Below, in pieces: positions 1 through 11,800 of a DNA stretch of 64,000 bases (the first letter of the stretch is position 1; every line of letters starts with the position of its first letter). The stretch spans positions 142,602,001 to 142,666,000 of the forward strand of contig NC_058368.1 of NCBI RefSeq assembly GCF_018350175.1, read 5' to 3'. The notes beneath the pieces are model-generated. The model was not told where the DNA came from, searched no databases, and worked only from the letters and a program-made list of their open reading frames with translations. The translations under genes were made by a program, and so were the position numbers. The stretch comes from Felis catus. Taxonomy: Eukaryota.

Positions 1-1117
1 TTCTTGGCCTCTTCCTTTGCTGGATCCTCTGTGACTTTTCTACTGTATTGCAGAGGATGTGTATGTTGGTTTCATTTTGTGTTTATACATTAACTCATTT
101 AGAATGCTTCCCTTGCTTCGGGGTCTCCAGGCACACGAGCAAAACAAACTGTTAGAAGCCAAGTGCAGCTGAGATCCTTCTTGGAGGAAAGGGCAAATGG
201 AGGGGACAGTAACAATTCAGGAAGTTACCAGTCACGGTGGAGTGGCACTCAGCACCCCCACTGGGCCTGGGCACGCACATGCCTGCCCTCAGGGAGTTTC
301 CCTGTCTCCACACCAGTGTTGCCAAGTCACAGACCTGGCACTGATGACCTTGCATCACGTAGTGAAGAAGTTATTCACTCTTCAGTTATTCAGTGCTTTC
401 CCTCCAGGCCAGAAATAGTTCCAAGCTCGGGTTTAAGAATAATTTGTATTCATCGTATGTATTTGTATGATTACCAATGACACTAGTTTTCTCTTTACCA
501 TAGTCACAAAAAAGCATCACTTTACATTACTTATTTTAGTAAAGAGTGTACATTTAAGAAGAAGCACCATGTTACGACTCCCAGCAGTGGAAGGCCTTAT
601 GTGAGTTACAGAGTCTTGGGCGGGGCCTCGAGGAGCTTTGGGGTTTCCTGGGGTGTCCTCCTGGCCTGGCTGAAGCCGCTTTTGGGGGGAAAGGAATAGG
701 TGGACCTCAGTGACAGGACACGTGCAGGTCCCAGGGAGACAGGCCCATCTCCTTGTCCTGAAGTCCTGGATGTGGGAGCCACATCTTTCCACTCCCTGTA
801 TGTATTAAGCCCAAACACTTTCATTTAAGCTTTAGCTTAAGAACCAAGAAAACCCAGCATACTCTTGTGAAGAGTAACATTTTTCAAATCAGCCAGCTAT
901 TTCTCTAACAGATCCAGAGGATCCTCTAATCAAAGGCTTTCATTTTAAAAATAGCTTATTCAGAAAGAACTCACTGCTTTCATGGGTATATAGATACAAA
1001 GCAAAAATTACACAGCAGGTGCCTGCTTGCTGGTTTGATTGGTTGGTCAACATCCCACGTGTGTGGAGGCCCACACCTCTTGAGGCCTGTGGAGAAGATG
1101 GGGTGCAGAGAGAGATA

Positions 1118-1118
<1 letters not shown>

Positions 1119-1160
<42 letters not shown>
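1119..1160 (+). repeat. (TG)21 microsatellite
   Basis: Perfect dinucleotide run. Confidence 0.98.
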
Positions 1161-1163
<3 letters not shown>

Positions 1164-2273
1164 TCATGTTCCTTTGGAGTGAAAACCTGGGAAGATCTAT
1201 ACCTCATTAGTGGGATTAAAATGAAGAGTTCCAAAAGAGGTGATATTTCATTTATCTGCCATCTTGAATCTCCAGTGAAGGCTCAGCTGGGCACAGTGGG
1301 ATTTGCAAGCCCATCTGGGAGTTGGGCCACCTAATTACTCTCTTAAAGGGGTGTAAAAGGTTAATGGTGGCTATATGTTGGTGGCTGCTTTATGGGTTAA
1401 TTTTCTTTATGTGTTTTCTGTATTTTCCAAAAATGATTACAGTGATATATGCTTTTATTGTCAGAAAAATAATAAAGGTTATTAAATGAAATATCCTAAG
1501 CTCAATGATTTGTTACTTGGGCGAATTAGTTTGAGAATTAAATTGCCCTTCCAGTTTCCTGATAGTCACAAAGCCCTGAAGTCAGGCCCCAGGCAGAATA
1601 AATCACCTGCTCTGCTTCTGGCCATCCGGTGGGTGGCTCCCATGGCAACGGGGCAAAGGTCAAGGAGATGTTGTAGGCACCCCTACAGCCGTTCAAACCT
1701 ACCTGCTCTCAGCGATCAATAAAGAAGATGTCCAGGTGAGCATTCTGGTCTTTGGACAGCCTGAAAATGACTTAGTCTGCATATGTTGTGGCTATTCTCC
1801 ACTTGGACAAAAAATTAGATTTTAAAGTTTAAGTGGTGACTGGGAAGGACAGTAACTACTTCAATATGTTTAGCATTGGCTGGAATGTTCTTAAAAACTG
1901 TTTAGTTGGAAAGAACTTGGTACAACAGAATTGGGTGGTAAGCCTCTTGGGGCAGAGGACCCCCCTGCCGTTTCATTCCTATCATTTCCTCGTCTTTGCA
2001 CCTCTCCCCCAGCACCAACACGTGGGTGGGTGTGAATCCTTCAGGAAGGCCAGCGTAGCAAAATCTCAATTTAGGAACCCCAAATCAATGTATTCAGGTT
2101 TTGTAAAAATAAACCCCTAAATTTGTGTTTATGAAAGGAATCACAAAAAGGCTTCTTCAAATAGTGCATATCTTTGCAGCATTTAAAATGTTTTGTTTAT
2201 AATTGTTTGATGTTTCCAAGCCCATTTGGGTAACATATGAGATAAGTATGTACTCTAAGGGCAGGTGTTTTTT

Positions 2274-2803
2274 ATTTTATTTTTTTATTTTTTTTATTTT
2301 TATTGTCATTTTTATTTTTTTCAATATATGAAATTTATTGTCAAATTGGTTTCCATACAACACCCAGTGCTCATCCCAAAAGGTGCCCTCCTCAATACCC
2401 ATCACCCACCCTCCCCTCCCTCCCACCCCCCATCAACCCTCAGTTTGTTCTCAGTTTTTAAGAGTCTCTTATGCTTTGGCTCTCTCCCACTCTAACCTCT
2501 TTTTTTTTTTTTTCCTTCCCCTCCTCCATGGGTTTTTGTTAAGTTTCTCAGGATCCACATAAGAGTGAAAACATACGGTATCTGTCTTTCTCTATATGGC
2601 TTATTTCACTTAGCATCACACTCTCCAGTTCCATCCACGTTGCTACAAAGGGCCATATTTCATTCTTTCTCATTGCCATGTAGTACTCCATTGTGTATAT
2701 AAACCACAATTTCTTTATCCATTCATCAGTTGATGGACATTTAGGCTTTTTCCATAATTTGGCTATTGTTGAGAGTGATGCTACAAACATTGGGGTACAA
2801 GTG
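2274..2803 (-). mobile_element. Young 5'-truncated feline LINE-1 (ORF2 C-terminus, 3' UTR, A-tail)
   Basis: ORF 2548..2877 encodes the L1 ORF2 end ([23 protein letters not shown]). 17-bp TSD aagggcaggtgtttttt at 2257-2273 and 2804-2820; TT/AAAA endonuclease site. Confidence 0.95.
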
Positions 2804-3149
2804 AAGGGCAGGTGTTTTTTAATTAGAGAGAGAGAGAGAGGAAAGAGAGAGAGAGAGCTGTAACATACAAAGTACAAAACTTGAATATACTTTTTAGTGA
2901 ATTTTTACATATGTATACACCCATTAACAGACCAGGATATAAAGCATTTTCTGAACCCCAAAAGGTTTCATCATGCCCCTTCCCAGTCTATATTCCTTCC
3001 CCTCAAGGAAAGAATTTTGTTGACTTCTACCACCATCCATTACTTTTGTCTTACATGGAAGATTCATCTATAAGAGAACTAAAAGTGCAGTTACTAAAGT
3101 AGGTGGAAGGATCTAGACCCCATCTCTCTCTCGATACATATATATCTCA

Positions 3150-3545
3150 TACAATTTGCCATTTCAAACAATTTTAAGCATACAATTTAATGGTGTTAAT
3201 TACATTCACATTGTTGGGCAATCATCACCACTATTTCTAAAATTTTTACATCACCCCAAAAGGAACTCTATTCGTTGAACAATGGCTGCCACTATTCCTT
3301 CCTCTAGCTTCTGGAAACTTCTAATCTACTTTCTGTTTCTGTTAATTTGCCTATTCTTGACATTTCATGTAAGTGGAATCACACAAGACCTAGTCTTCTG
3401 TGTCTGTAGCATGTATCATGTAGCATGTATCATATAGCATGTATCAGAACTCCATTCCTTTTTGTGACTGAATAATATTCCATTATGTGGATATAGCACA
3501 TTTTGTTCATCCATTTGTTTGTTGATCAACACTTGGGTTATTTCT
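3150..3545 (-). mobile_element. Old L1M (L1MB-like) 3' end fragment
   Basis: Degenerate L1M 3' UTR motifs (acattcacattgtt..catcaccact..ctaatctactttctg..aagtggaatc..gactgaataatattccatt); includes a 3x14-bp tandem repeat at 3405-3446. Confidence 0.7.
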
Positions 3546-3560
3546 CTGGTGTGCTTTTTA

Positions 3561-3793
3561 TTCATTTTTATTTTTTATTATTACTATTTTTTTTTAACAC
3601 ATATATTTTTTGAGACAGAAAAGACAGAGTGTGAGTGGGAGAGGGGCAGAGAGCGGGAGACACAAAATCTGAAGTGGACTCCAGGCTCTGAGCTGTCAGC
3701 ACACAGCCCAGTGTGGGGCTGGAACCCATGCATTATGAGACTGTGACCTGAGCCAAGGTTGGGCGCTTAATTGACTAAGCTACCCAGGCATCC
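3561..3793 (-). mobile_element. Can-SINE (SINEC)
   Basis: Reverse complement of tRNA-derived head, (CT)n and A-tail; degenerate TSD ctctggtRtRcttttta at 3544-3560 and 3794-3810. Confidence 0.92.
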
Positions 3794-3939
3794 CTCTGGT
3801 ATACTTTTTAAAAAGACAAAATAATTCTTTTCATTTTCTTGATTTAAGTAACTATATGTTTGGATAAAGGTTAGATATTTTTAAAATGTAAGGGGTGAAA
3901 TCAAATATGCCTTTAATAATTAAGATTGAACAGATTTTA

Positions 3940-4150
3940 GGGGTGCCTAGGTGGCTCAGTCAGGTTAAGCGCCTGACTTTGGCTCAGGTCATGATCTCAC
4001 GGTTTATGAGTTCAAAACCCACGTCGAGCTCTGTGCTGACAGCTCAGAGCCTGGAGCCTGCTACAGATTCTGTGTGTGTGTCTCTCTCTCTGCCCTTCCT
4101 CTCTTTGCATTCTCTCTCTCTCAAAAATAAGTAAACATTAAAAAAATAAA
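3940..4150 (+). mobile_element. Can-SINE (SINEC)
   Basis: GGGGTGCCTAGGTGGCTCAG head; 18-bp TSD aagattgaacagatttta at 3922-3939 and 4151-4168. Confidence 0.95.
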
Positions 4151-4277
4151 AAGATTGAACAGATTTTATAAACATTACCTCTGGCTAGTTTAAAATTATA
4201 TTGAATAAGATATTTATTTTTTTTTTAATTTTAAGAAGAAAATTGCTTTTATTTTCCTTAGGCAACAAGGTAATTCC

Positions 4278-4415
4278 TTTTTTTTTTTTTTTTTAAAGTG
4301 GGCTTCATGCCCTGTGCAGAGCTCACTGTGGGGCTTGACCTCACAACGGTGAGATCAAGACCTGAGCTGAGATCGAAAGTTGGAAACTTAACCAACTGAG
4401 CCACTCGGGTTCCCC
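4278..4415 (-). mobile_element. Short, older-type Can-SINE lacking the (CT)n block
   Basis: SINE head reverse complement plus T-run; TSD-like aagRtaattc flanks. Confidence 0.85.
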
Positions 4416-4899
4416 AAGATAATTCTTTTAAAGCACCTTGTACAATGCTTGGAATATAGTAAGCATTCAAAAAATTAGTTTTTAAAATCATATTTTCAGG
4501 AAATGAATGCTTTTTCAAGATGGAGCAGAATCTCTGGCTATTTCTAGCACAGTTTTATTTTACACTCTTGCACAGGAATTCAGGCAGTTGAGAGTCAAAG
4601 ACCATTTATTTAATATAGACTATGTGTCAGGCATTGTTCTGGACATAAGGGTCTAAGACTTTAGGGATTACTCAGTTCAACCTATCACCAGTAAAAAAAA
4701 AAAAAAAAAAAAAAAGAGGGAGACACAGAGAGAGCTAAATGATTAGTCCCTGGTCATTCTAACCACTATATAGCAAAATTGGATGTTTTTCTAACATCTG
4801 TCTTCAAATAGCAGAATTTGAACTTGATAAATGCATGTGGACTGGATTAGACAGTCTCTTCCCCAGGAGACATTTCCCCATTCTCCTATTGTCCACACT

Positions 4900-5404
4900 G
4901 GTATCAGATATGTCCACAAATCTGACACTTCCTTCAAAAGACAGGACCTAATTCTCCTTCTCTTGTGTAACCGCTGGACTTAGTGACTTATTTTTAAGGA
5001 AGTGAAAAAAGGTCGAAGTGACACTGTACCAGGTAATTAAGGTACTGTGGCTTCCTCTTGCTCTCTCTCCAGATTATTTGCTCTGCTGGAAGTTGACTGC
5101 CATGCGTGAGGATATTTAAGCACTCTGTGGAGAAGCCCACAGGGCAAGGAACTGAGGCCTCCAACCAAGAGCCTGGTGAGTGACTCACCTTGGAAGTGTA
5201 TCCTCTGGCCCCAGGCAAGCCTTCAGATGAGTGCAGCCCTCACCAGCTTGACTACCATCTCAGGAGGCCCTGAGCCAGAACCACCCAGCTAAGCCACTCC
5301 CAGAGTCCTGGCCCCCCACAAAGTGTGTTAAGTAATAAATGTTTATTGTTTAAAGCTGCTAAATTTGGGGGTAATTTGATATACAGCAACAGAGAACAAA
5401 TACA
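4900..5404 (+). mobile_element. MaLR solo LTR (MLT1 family)
   Basis: Typical 3' end cccagctaagccactccc..aataaatgtttattgtttaaagctgctaaatttgggggtaatttg..acagcaa..aataca. Confidence 0.8.
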
Positions 5405-6282
5405 CTCTCTTATTATCACTTTACATTCACCCCTACCCTCACAACTTCCCTCTAATGACTTATTTTACAGTTTGTACTCTTGGGGCAATGACTGACGCCT
5501 TTGTTTCCGTTCTGATATTTTTGCTATGTTTCTTTATTGAGATGTAATTTACATACCACAAAACTGGCCAACACATTAAAAATCGGTTGGAAGAAACACA
5601 TAAAAGTTATCATTTTAACCATTTTAAGCCATACAATTCAGAGGTATGTTGTGCAAACATCACCACTATCTGGTTCAGAACTTTTTCATCACCCAAATGG
5701 AAACTCCCTATTCACGGCTGACAAATTTTAAAGGGTAAAAAAAATTTTTTGTTCCCCAGATATGAAATAATCAGGTAGTAGCAAAGAAGAACAATTAAAT
5801 TAATAAACCTTTTCTTTAAATGCAAATGAACCTGGAAAGAAACATCCTCAATGTGAATCTGTTCACATTCTTATACAGAAAAGAGAAACCTAATGAGATG
5901 CATTCTATAATGGATAAAATAAAATCTCAAATAAAAGTTTTACAACAACTAGTTTTGACAACTCCCTGTAAATCCACTGAGTACAGAACACCATGTTGTA
6001 CTTGGCAATCAAGGGACTGGAACTGGGGACAGCCCTGGGAGCATGGCGTGGAGGGTGAACGGCTGTCATATAGTGATGGCCTCTAATCTCATGGTATTAA
6101 TAAACACTGGGATTAGAAGGATCCAGAAGAACACGTGGGCTCAGTTAGTTCAGAGTATCTGCCACAGGTGAGGGAGTGGTAGGTGATGGCATTTGGGCCA
6201 GCTGTTTGCCAACCCGGGCGTGGGGTAAAGGTTGGTAACAGGTGTTTTTAGTTCTAGCACCATTTCCTTCCAATCATCTTAT

Positions 6283-6288
6283 TTTAAT
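6283..6288 (-). terminator. Candidate distal poly(A) signal ATTAAA
   Basis: Minus strand aatttgtattgtattaaaataag: ATTAAA with two adjacent TGTA (CFIm-type) elements just upstream, the second sharing its A. Confidence 0.35.
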
Positions 6289-7465
6289 ACAATACAAATT
6301 GGTAGTGACCCGAAAATATTGCTACTGAATTGAAGGGTGGCTATACAAGGACCTATAGCAGATTATTTGCTGGTTTTAGTTTCTAGTGTCCTATGAAGAA
6401 CAGAACTGACGGTTATTGCCAAAAGGGTATCTTCGGCAGGCATACTTCCCCATTTCCCTCTTGGAGAGGGTATTATGGCTTCACTTTGGAGCGTCCTCTG
6501 ACTGTCCAGATCTGCAGACTATGCTCCTACCCCAGGAGGGCAGCTTGGGAACAGAAAAGCAACAGTTGGAGGATATTTACTCTAAACCTGTATTTAGCTC
6601 ACTGGATTTTTAACGGTGTGCCGCTCTCTCATTTGTTCAACTGTCCATTCATTCATTAAAAACAAAAAAAAAAGTATTGACCGCCTTCTATGTAACAGGC
6701 ACCGGTCCAGGCAGTGGGGACACCAGTGAACCAAAGGGTCCCGCTAATGGAAAAAAGAGTAGAGTTTTGGCACATCTTTTTCAGAGTCTGACATTCTTCA
6801 GAGCGCATCTGTACTGATCTGCATTAGCAGGACTTTCGCGAGACTGAGAAAGGGCCGGTAAGTAAAACCTCATCCTGTTTCCCCAACCCCAGAACCTCAA
6901 TACAAGCAGTAAGACTGAGAATAGGGAAAGGTGGACGTGCTGTCCTTTGCTTCACTGAGGCCCAGGATCTCAGATGCTGGCTATTTCCTTTCAAACTGCC
7001 CCCCTCCATCACCCCGGGACAAAACGACCGTTTCCCGGGGTTTCTCCTCCTAGCTAGGGAATAGCATGCAACTCTTAATATATTATGAGACACAGCCACA
7101 TTCATAATTAATTCCATGCAACTTAGAATAGTCTTCAGCAAACAGATGACACACAGCCACGCATCACCCACCCGGCCCCTTCGCGTCCACCACGAGCATG
7201 CATGCAGAGCCAGATGTGACCACCTTCTCTGGGCAGGGCTCCAGCTCCGGTAGTGGAGGCAAGAGGAAGGCAGGCCCCAGCAGAGATCCCCAAACCGATG
7301 GTGCTCAGCGTGGAGAGGCAAGGCAGCCTTCCCGGGCACAGGATGCCTGAGTCAAAGGGAGGTTAGGAAAAGAACCACAGGGGAGAGGGGGTAGCAGGAA
7401 GTCTAGACCAAACGAGTAGTGGCTAGGAAAAAAAAAAAAGAAAACTGGGGATAAAAACACATTTC

Positions 7466-7471
7466 TTTACT
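7466..7471 (-). terminator. Candidate proximal poly(A) signal AGTAAA
   Basis: Minus strand AGTAAA followed by gaaatgtgtttttatccccagttttc and a long T run (GU/U-rich downstream element), ~610 nt after the stop. Confidence 0.35.
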
Positions 7472-8078
7472 GTAATAACCCAAACCAAGAAGCAGGCATA
7501 TTGCCATGCTGACCGTAACTATGAAAAGGGCCTTATGCTCCATGACGAGATGAGTGACGGAGTGAGGGGTGAGCCAGGGGGGTTATTCACACGGAATGCC
7601 TGCACATGATATCTCGCAGACAGGGAGATCCCCTGGCCAACAGGACCATTAAAAACTGTCTGCTCCCTACATTTGTTACAAGAAACATGAGGCACTCCAA
7701 TAAAACCCAGCTATTGGCAGGGGGAAATGTAACATCTGACTTGTGAGGCAAAAAGAGCCAGCTGCTCCAGCCTCTAGGACTCAACGAGAACTTCCTATTT
7801 CAAGTCAAGTTCCCAGCTGTCCCACACTCAGGAAAAAGGGGTTGAACTCAGCCCCCCTCTCCTCTAGACACACACCCCAGCCAACAACAGGACTGTTCCA
7901 GGTTTTATCAGCTTCTTATATGCACTGGGGTTTGAAATGAGATTCCTCAGTGTGGTTCAGAAACAAGAGAAGGACCAGGCGAACCCAGGCTGGGAGAGAC
8001 ACGAGATGCAGGAGTAAAGGCCTGAAGTCTAACTTGTGACAGAAAAGGTGGTCTGGCTCCCCCAGGCTGCCAGAAGTC

Positions 8079-8344
8079 CTATACCCAAGGGCCCCAGGCC
8101 CCAGTGCCCTTGGGGTCACAGCGGGGGTCCTGTGCCGGGAAATGCACAGGCACTGAATGTTTGTGGTAGAACTGGAGGCGGGAAAGGAGCTGCTCGACAA
8201 TATGGGGATAGTCTCTTGACAGGTCATGTCTTTCTTCTGGGTCCTGATCAATATCAAAGAGCCAGAGGGTCTTGGTCGGTGGGTCTGATGAGGGTATCGC
8301 AGAATCGTTGTATGGAGACGGCGGAGGAAACCAACAGCCACAGC
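8079..8344 (-). CDS. ARSB: Arylsulfatase B terminal coding exon (exon 8 by human numbering): (G)[91 protein letters not shown]
   Basis: C-terminal part of ORF 8079..8426 is the recognisable ARSB C-terminus ([14 protein letters not shown]). Acceptor tgtgtttctttgccag|GC with AG at 8346-8345; split Gly codon matches the phase of the upstream exon; TAG at 8081-8079. Confidence 0.97.
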
Positions 8345-8494
8345 CTGGCAAAGAAACACAATAGTTTATTGCAGGAGAGGCATGGTAGACAGGTTCTAAT
8401 TTCAGGGGTTGTGGACGTGGACACATAAAAAAGATGTGGCCCTTGATGCTGTATCTGTATCTTTCTCACTCTAACTCCTGGTTCACTGCTTCAC

Positions 8495-8720
8495 AACCAG
8501 GGGCTTCCAGGAATGTGCACGCATGTGTGTGCATGCGTGTGCACGTGTGTGGGTGTGGGTGGGGGGAGTTTTAGTTGTCACAGTGACTCAGGGAAGCTGC
8601 TATCAACATGTAATGGTCATGGGCCAGGGAAGCTAAGACATCTCGCAATACATGGAACGGTACCAAACAAAGAAGAGTTGTCTTACCCCAAATGCCCAAA
8701 ATGTCATCATTATAAACATT
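8495..8720. mobile_element. Degenerate hAT-Charlie element (MER20/MER20B-like)
   Basis: ttgtcacagtgact..ggccagggaagctaagacatc..aagaagagttgtc..cccaaatgcc motifs. Confidence 0.5.
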
Positions 8721-8788
8721 GGTTAATTGCATCACAGTCTTTACCATCACACCACATATTTTAAAAATATTTAAAAGAGGTCACTTTT

Positions 8789-8948
8789 GGGGCGCCTGGG
8801 TGGCTCAGTGGGTTAAGTAGCCGACTTCATCTCAGGCTATGATCTCAGAGTTCATAGGTTCAAGCCCCATGTCGGGATCTGTGACAGCTCAGAGCCTGGA
8901 GCCTGCTTTGGATTCTGTGACTCCCTTTCTGCCCCTCCCCATCTTGTG

Positions 8949-8994
<46 letters not shown>

Positions 8995-9037
8995 AATAAA
9001 CATCAAAAAAATTAAAAAATAAAATAAATAAATAAAA
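8789..9037 (+). mobile_element. Can-SINE in the last ARSB intron, antisense to the gene
   Basis: GGGGCGCCTGGGTGGCTCAG head, long (CT)n, A-rich tail. Confidence 0.95.
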
Positions 9038-9396
9038 GATACCACTTTTAGAGAATGTGCTCAGAGGAAGCAACCACATCCCTCAGCTACACACTTGATT
9101 GAGGATATAGCTTTCAGAGAGTCTCCCTCCTAGCCTCATGTGCTGTGCTTGCCAGCCACGCATCTCTGAAATCTGATTTTCCATGAAACATTACAGTGGC
9201 ATTTCTTCCTTTCACCGCCCCCTACAGTTAATTCTCAACTTTTTATTTTTTTTATTTTTATTTTATTTTTTTTTTGTGGTCAGGACGGTAGATCACACCA
9301 TTCTTCCTCATTCAGCGGCCCCCCAGGTATGTTCTGCAAAAGGCAGTTGTTTAGTAAAGTTCTCCTTGATCTGGTGGGAAATGCCAAGCACCCTAC

Positions 9397-9519
9397 CTGG
9401 GTAGCCGGTGAGGAGTTTCCAGTTCCCGTGTCTAATTGCAGCATGCAGAGATGTGTTGAAGGCTAAATACGCTGGATGAGAAGAATCATCCTTTGCTGGT
9501 GCCAGGCTTTTCCCAGGAC
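9397..9519 (-). CDS. ARSB: Arylsulfatase B penultimate exon (exon 7), 123 bp: (C)[40 protein letters not shown](G)
   Basis: Manual minus-strand translation gives the sulfatase motif [17 protein letters not shown]. Acceptor tttcttcccag|GT (AG 9521-9520), donor CAG|gtaggg (GT 9396-9395); joins in frame to the terminal exon. Too short for the ORF track. Confidence 0.96.
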
Positions 9520-11583
9520 CTGGGAAGAAACAGTTTGGGAGACTTAGATCACTGTTATTGAAATGTGTCGTTCTAAATCAACATTTAATATCCTTCCTGT
9601 AGAACAGTAGCTTTTATCCCATGAGTGTAAATGTGTATCCCACCACAGACACGAAATCTTCTATTAGATATAAACAGAAAGCTATAGTTACTTTAAACAT
9701 CAGTCATAAACCACCACGAATATAAGGTAATCCCAAAGAGATTAGAACATGAATTCATCCTTAAAATTACTGTGTTCTGTGAACGTACATCTGGCCGTGT
9801 GCAGAACAGTGTTCTGTAATAGCAGGAGAGGCTGTTTTTCATGTGTGCAGTTTTTCTTTTTGCTGCTAAATGATTGAATTAGATAAATACATTTTCTATA
9901 TATACTTATAGATAGACATATGTAGCTAATAGATTATAAAGTGTACATTTTAATGGAGTCTATCTCAAGCTGTGAGAGTTCAATCATGCCATGACATACA
10001 GCACTATATTTACTTTTTTAACCACAGTTATGAAAGATAAAAGTGAGCAATGCTCAGTTCACTATTCAGACAGGATAATTATGGGTATAAGAACAAATTG
10101 GTATACAAATTATTGGTTATTAACACGGATTACATTATCATCTTGGGGTCTTATACTAATTGATCATCAGGTTTTAGGGGGAGCAATTACCTCCCTCACC
10201 TTCTTGAATTTGGAACCAATTGAAAGGTTAGAGGCCAGACAGTTGGAGCTAAGATATTGCCCTTGTTACTGATAAAGTTGATTAGAGAGAACATAGCTTC
10301 AGATCTGTGACCGAGAGGCCTTGCTAATAATTGACTCTTGACTTAGAAAGACTAAATCACTCATCCCTGATCCTGCTGGACACCCACTGGGCTCCCTCAG
10401 AGCTGAGAACAGACCAGAGTGCTTATATATATTCTAGGGGCAGGCGAGCCCCCAAATGAGACAGACAGAGAGTCTGAAGTGAGCATGCTCAGTTCCTTCT
10501 TTTGGGTAATTCCCTCCTTGGCCTGCTTGTGAGGAGTGAAATAGGTGTAGAAGAGAGACCTGAGTTCTGCTGTAAGGGATCTGTGAGGGCAGGGTATGCA
10601 GGTGTCCACCTCACTCATACCTGAGCATGTTTAAAAGCCTGCAGTTTAGGGCCTAACCATAAAATAGCTAGTCTGTTTCAAGTCCACATTTACCTGTCAA
10701 CTTTTCAAACCCGGTCACAGCAATCACCTAGGGTGCGTTTCCAAAGGCTTCCAGACTGCCCACCCAGTGACTAATAGCCTTGTGTGTGCTCTGTCTGTAA
10801 CAGTGCACTCTCCATCATGGCGGCCGGCCCGTCTGTCCCCCATCCTGTCATAAAGGACTTTGGGAGTGCCCTCCTTCCTGCTAGAGCGGGACTTGTGTGC
10901 TACTGCCCGGGGCTTCCTGCAGGAGCAATGTCAGTGGTGGAAAAGGCAGGGCCCCGTTCTTCTGGTCGGTCTTGTGGAAATGACCCTAGAGACGCATACT
11001 GGAGACAGAGCCAATAAATGTTGGTGGTTTCAGACCTTAGTCTTAACAATCGTGTACCGACAGATCGTTAGCACCAAACGGCAAATCTTTTTGACTTTTT
11101 TTCTCTGCCTGCTTGTGGACGTTTCGGCTCCAATATAAGCGGATGTTTGCTGTGATCGAGGCGCAGAGGATGTCTATCATAGGAAATGTGTTCTTAAAAC
11201 ACAGACTGTGTTAGGACTGTGAGCCCTCATGATTTACTCCTCACAAGTTTGTGTAAAGGCCACATTTTGATACCAAAGGATGTTAAATAAAACAAGTATG
11301 CTTTGCTAACATAAACAAAGAGAGGAAATTGAGCTATCTCAGCTATACTCATATTTATATACATTTTTTCTTAAAACAAACAGGAACGTAAAATACCTAA
11401 ACAATAAACAAGCCTAAGACTAAACGATGAAAGATGCTATTATCGCAACTCTATTTTTTTTTCTTATTGAGAAGTTAAAGGGAACATTACAAGAAATAAG
11501 AGAACTCACACTCTGTGAGCCAACACCTAGGAGGGACAGATGTTAACATTTTGTTATATTTGCCATTAAAAAAAAAAAAAGGA

Positions 11584-11800
11584 GGGGCGCCTGGGTGGCT
11601 CAGTCGGTTAAGCATCTGACTTTGGCTCAGGTCATGATCTCGTGGTCCGCGAGTTCGAGCCCCGCGTCAGGCTCTGTGCTGACAGCTCAGAGCCTGGAGC
11701 CTGTTTCAGATTCTGTGTCTCCCTCTCTCTCTGACCCTCCCCTGTTCATGCTGTGTCTCCCTGTCTCAAAAATAAAATAAACATTAAAAAAAAAATTAGA
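11584..11800 (+). mobile_element. Can-SINE
   Basis: Full head, body and tail; A-rich TSD ending in gga on both sides. Confidence 0.95.

Larger units (their letters stand above)
6260..8078 (-). other. ARSB: ARSB 3' UTR (distal end uncertain)
   Basis: Repeat-poor sequence after the stop codon; the end is inferred only from candidate poly(A) signals. Confidence 0.5.
8345..9396 (-). other. ARSB: ARSB last intron (1052 bp, GT-AG)
   Basis: Bounded by the donor and acceptor identified for the two exons. Confidence 0.93.

Noticed and set aside
8345..8426. N-terminal part of the 115-aa ORF containing the ARSB terminal exon
   Set aside because: Intronic read-through upstream of the acceptor; not ARSB coding sequence.
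11595..11780. Recurrent ORFs of the MAQSVKRPTSAQVMIS.. and ..GQRETEHERGRGRERGRHR.. types
   Set aside because: Translations of Can-SINE copies, not a protein family.
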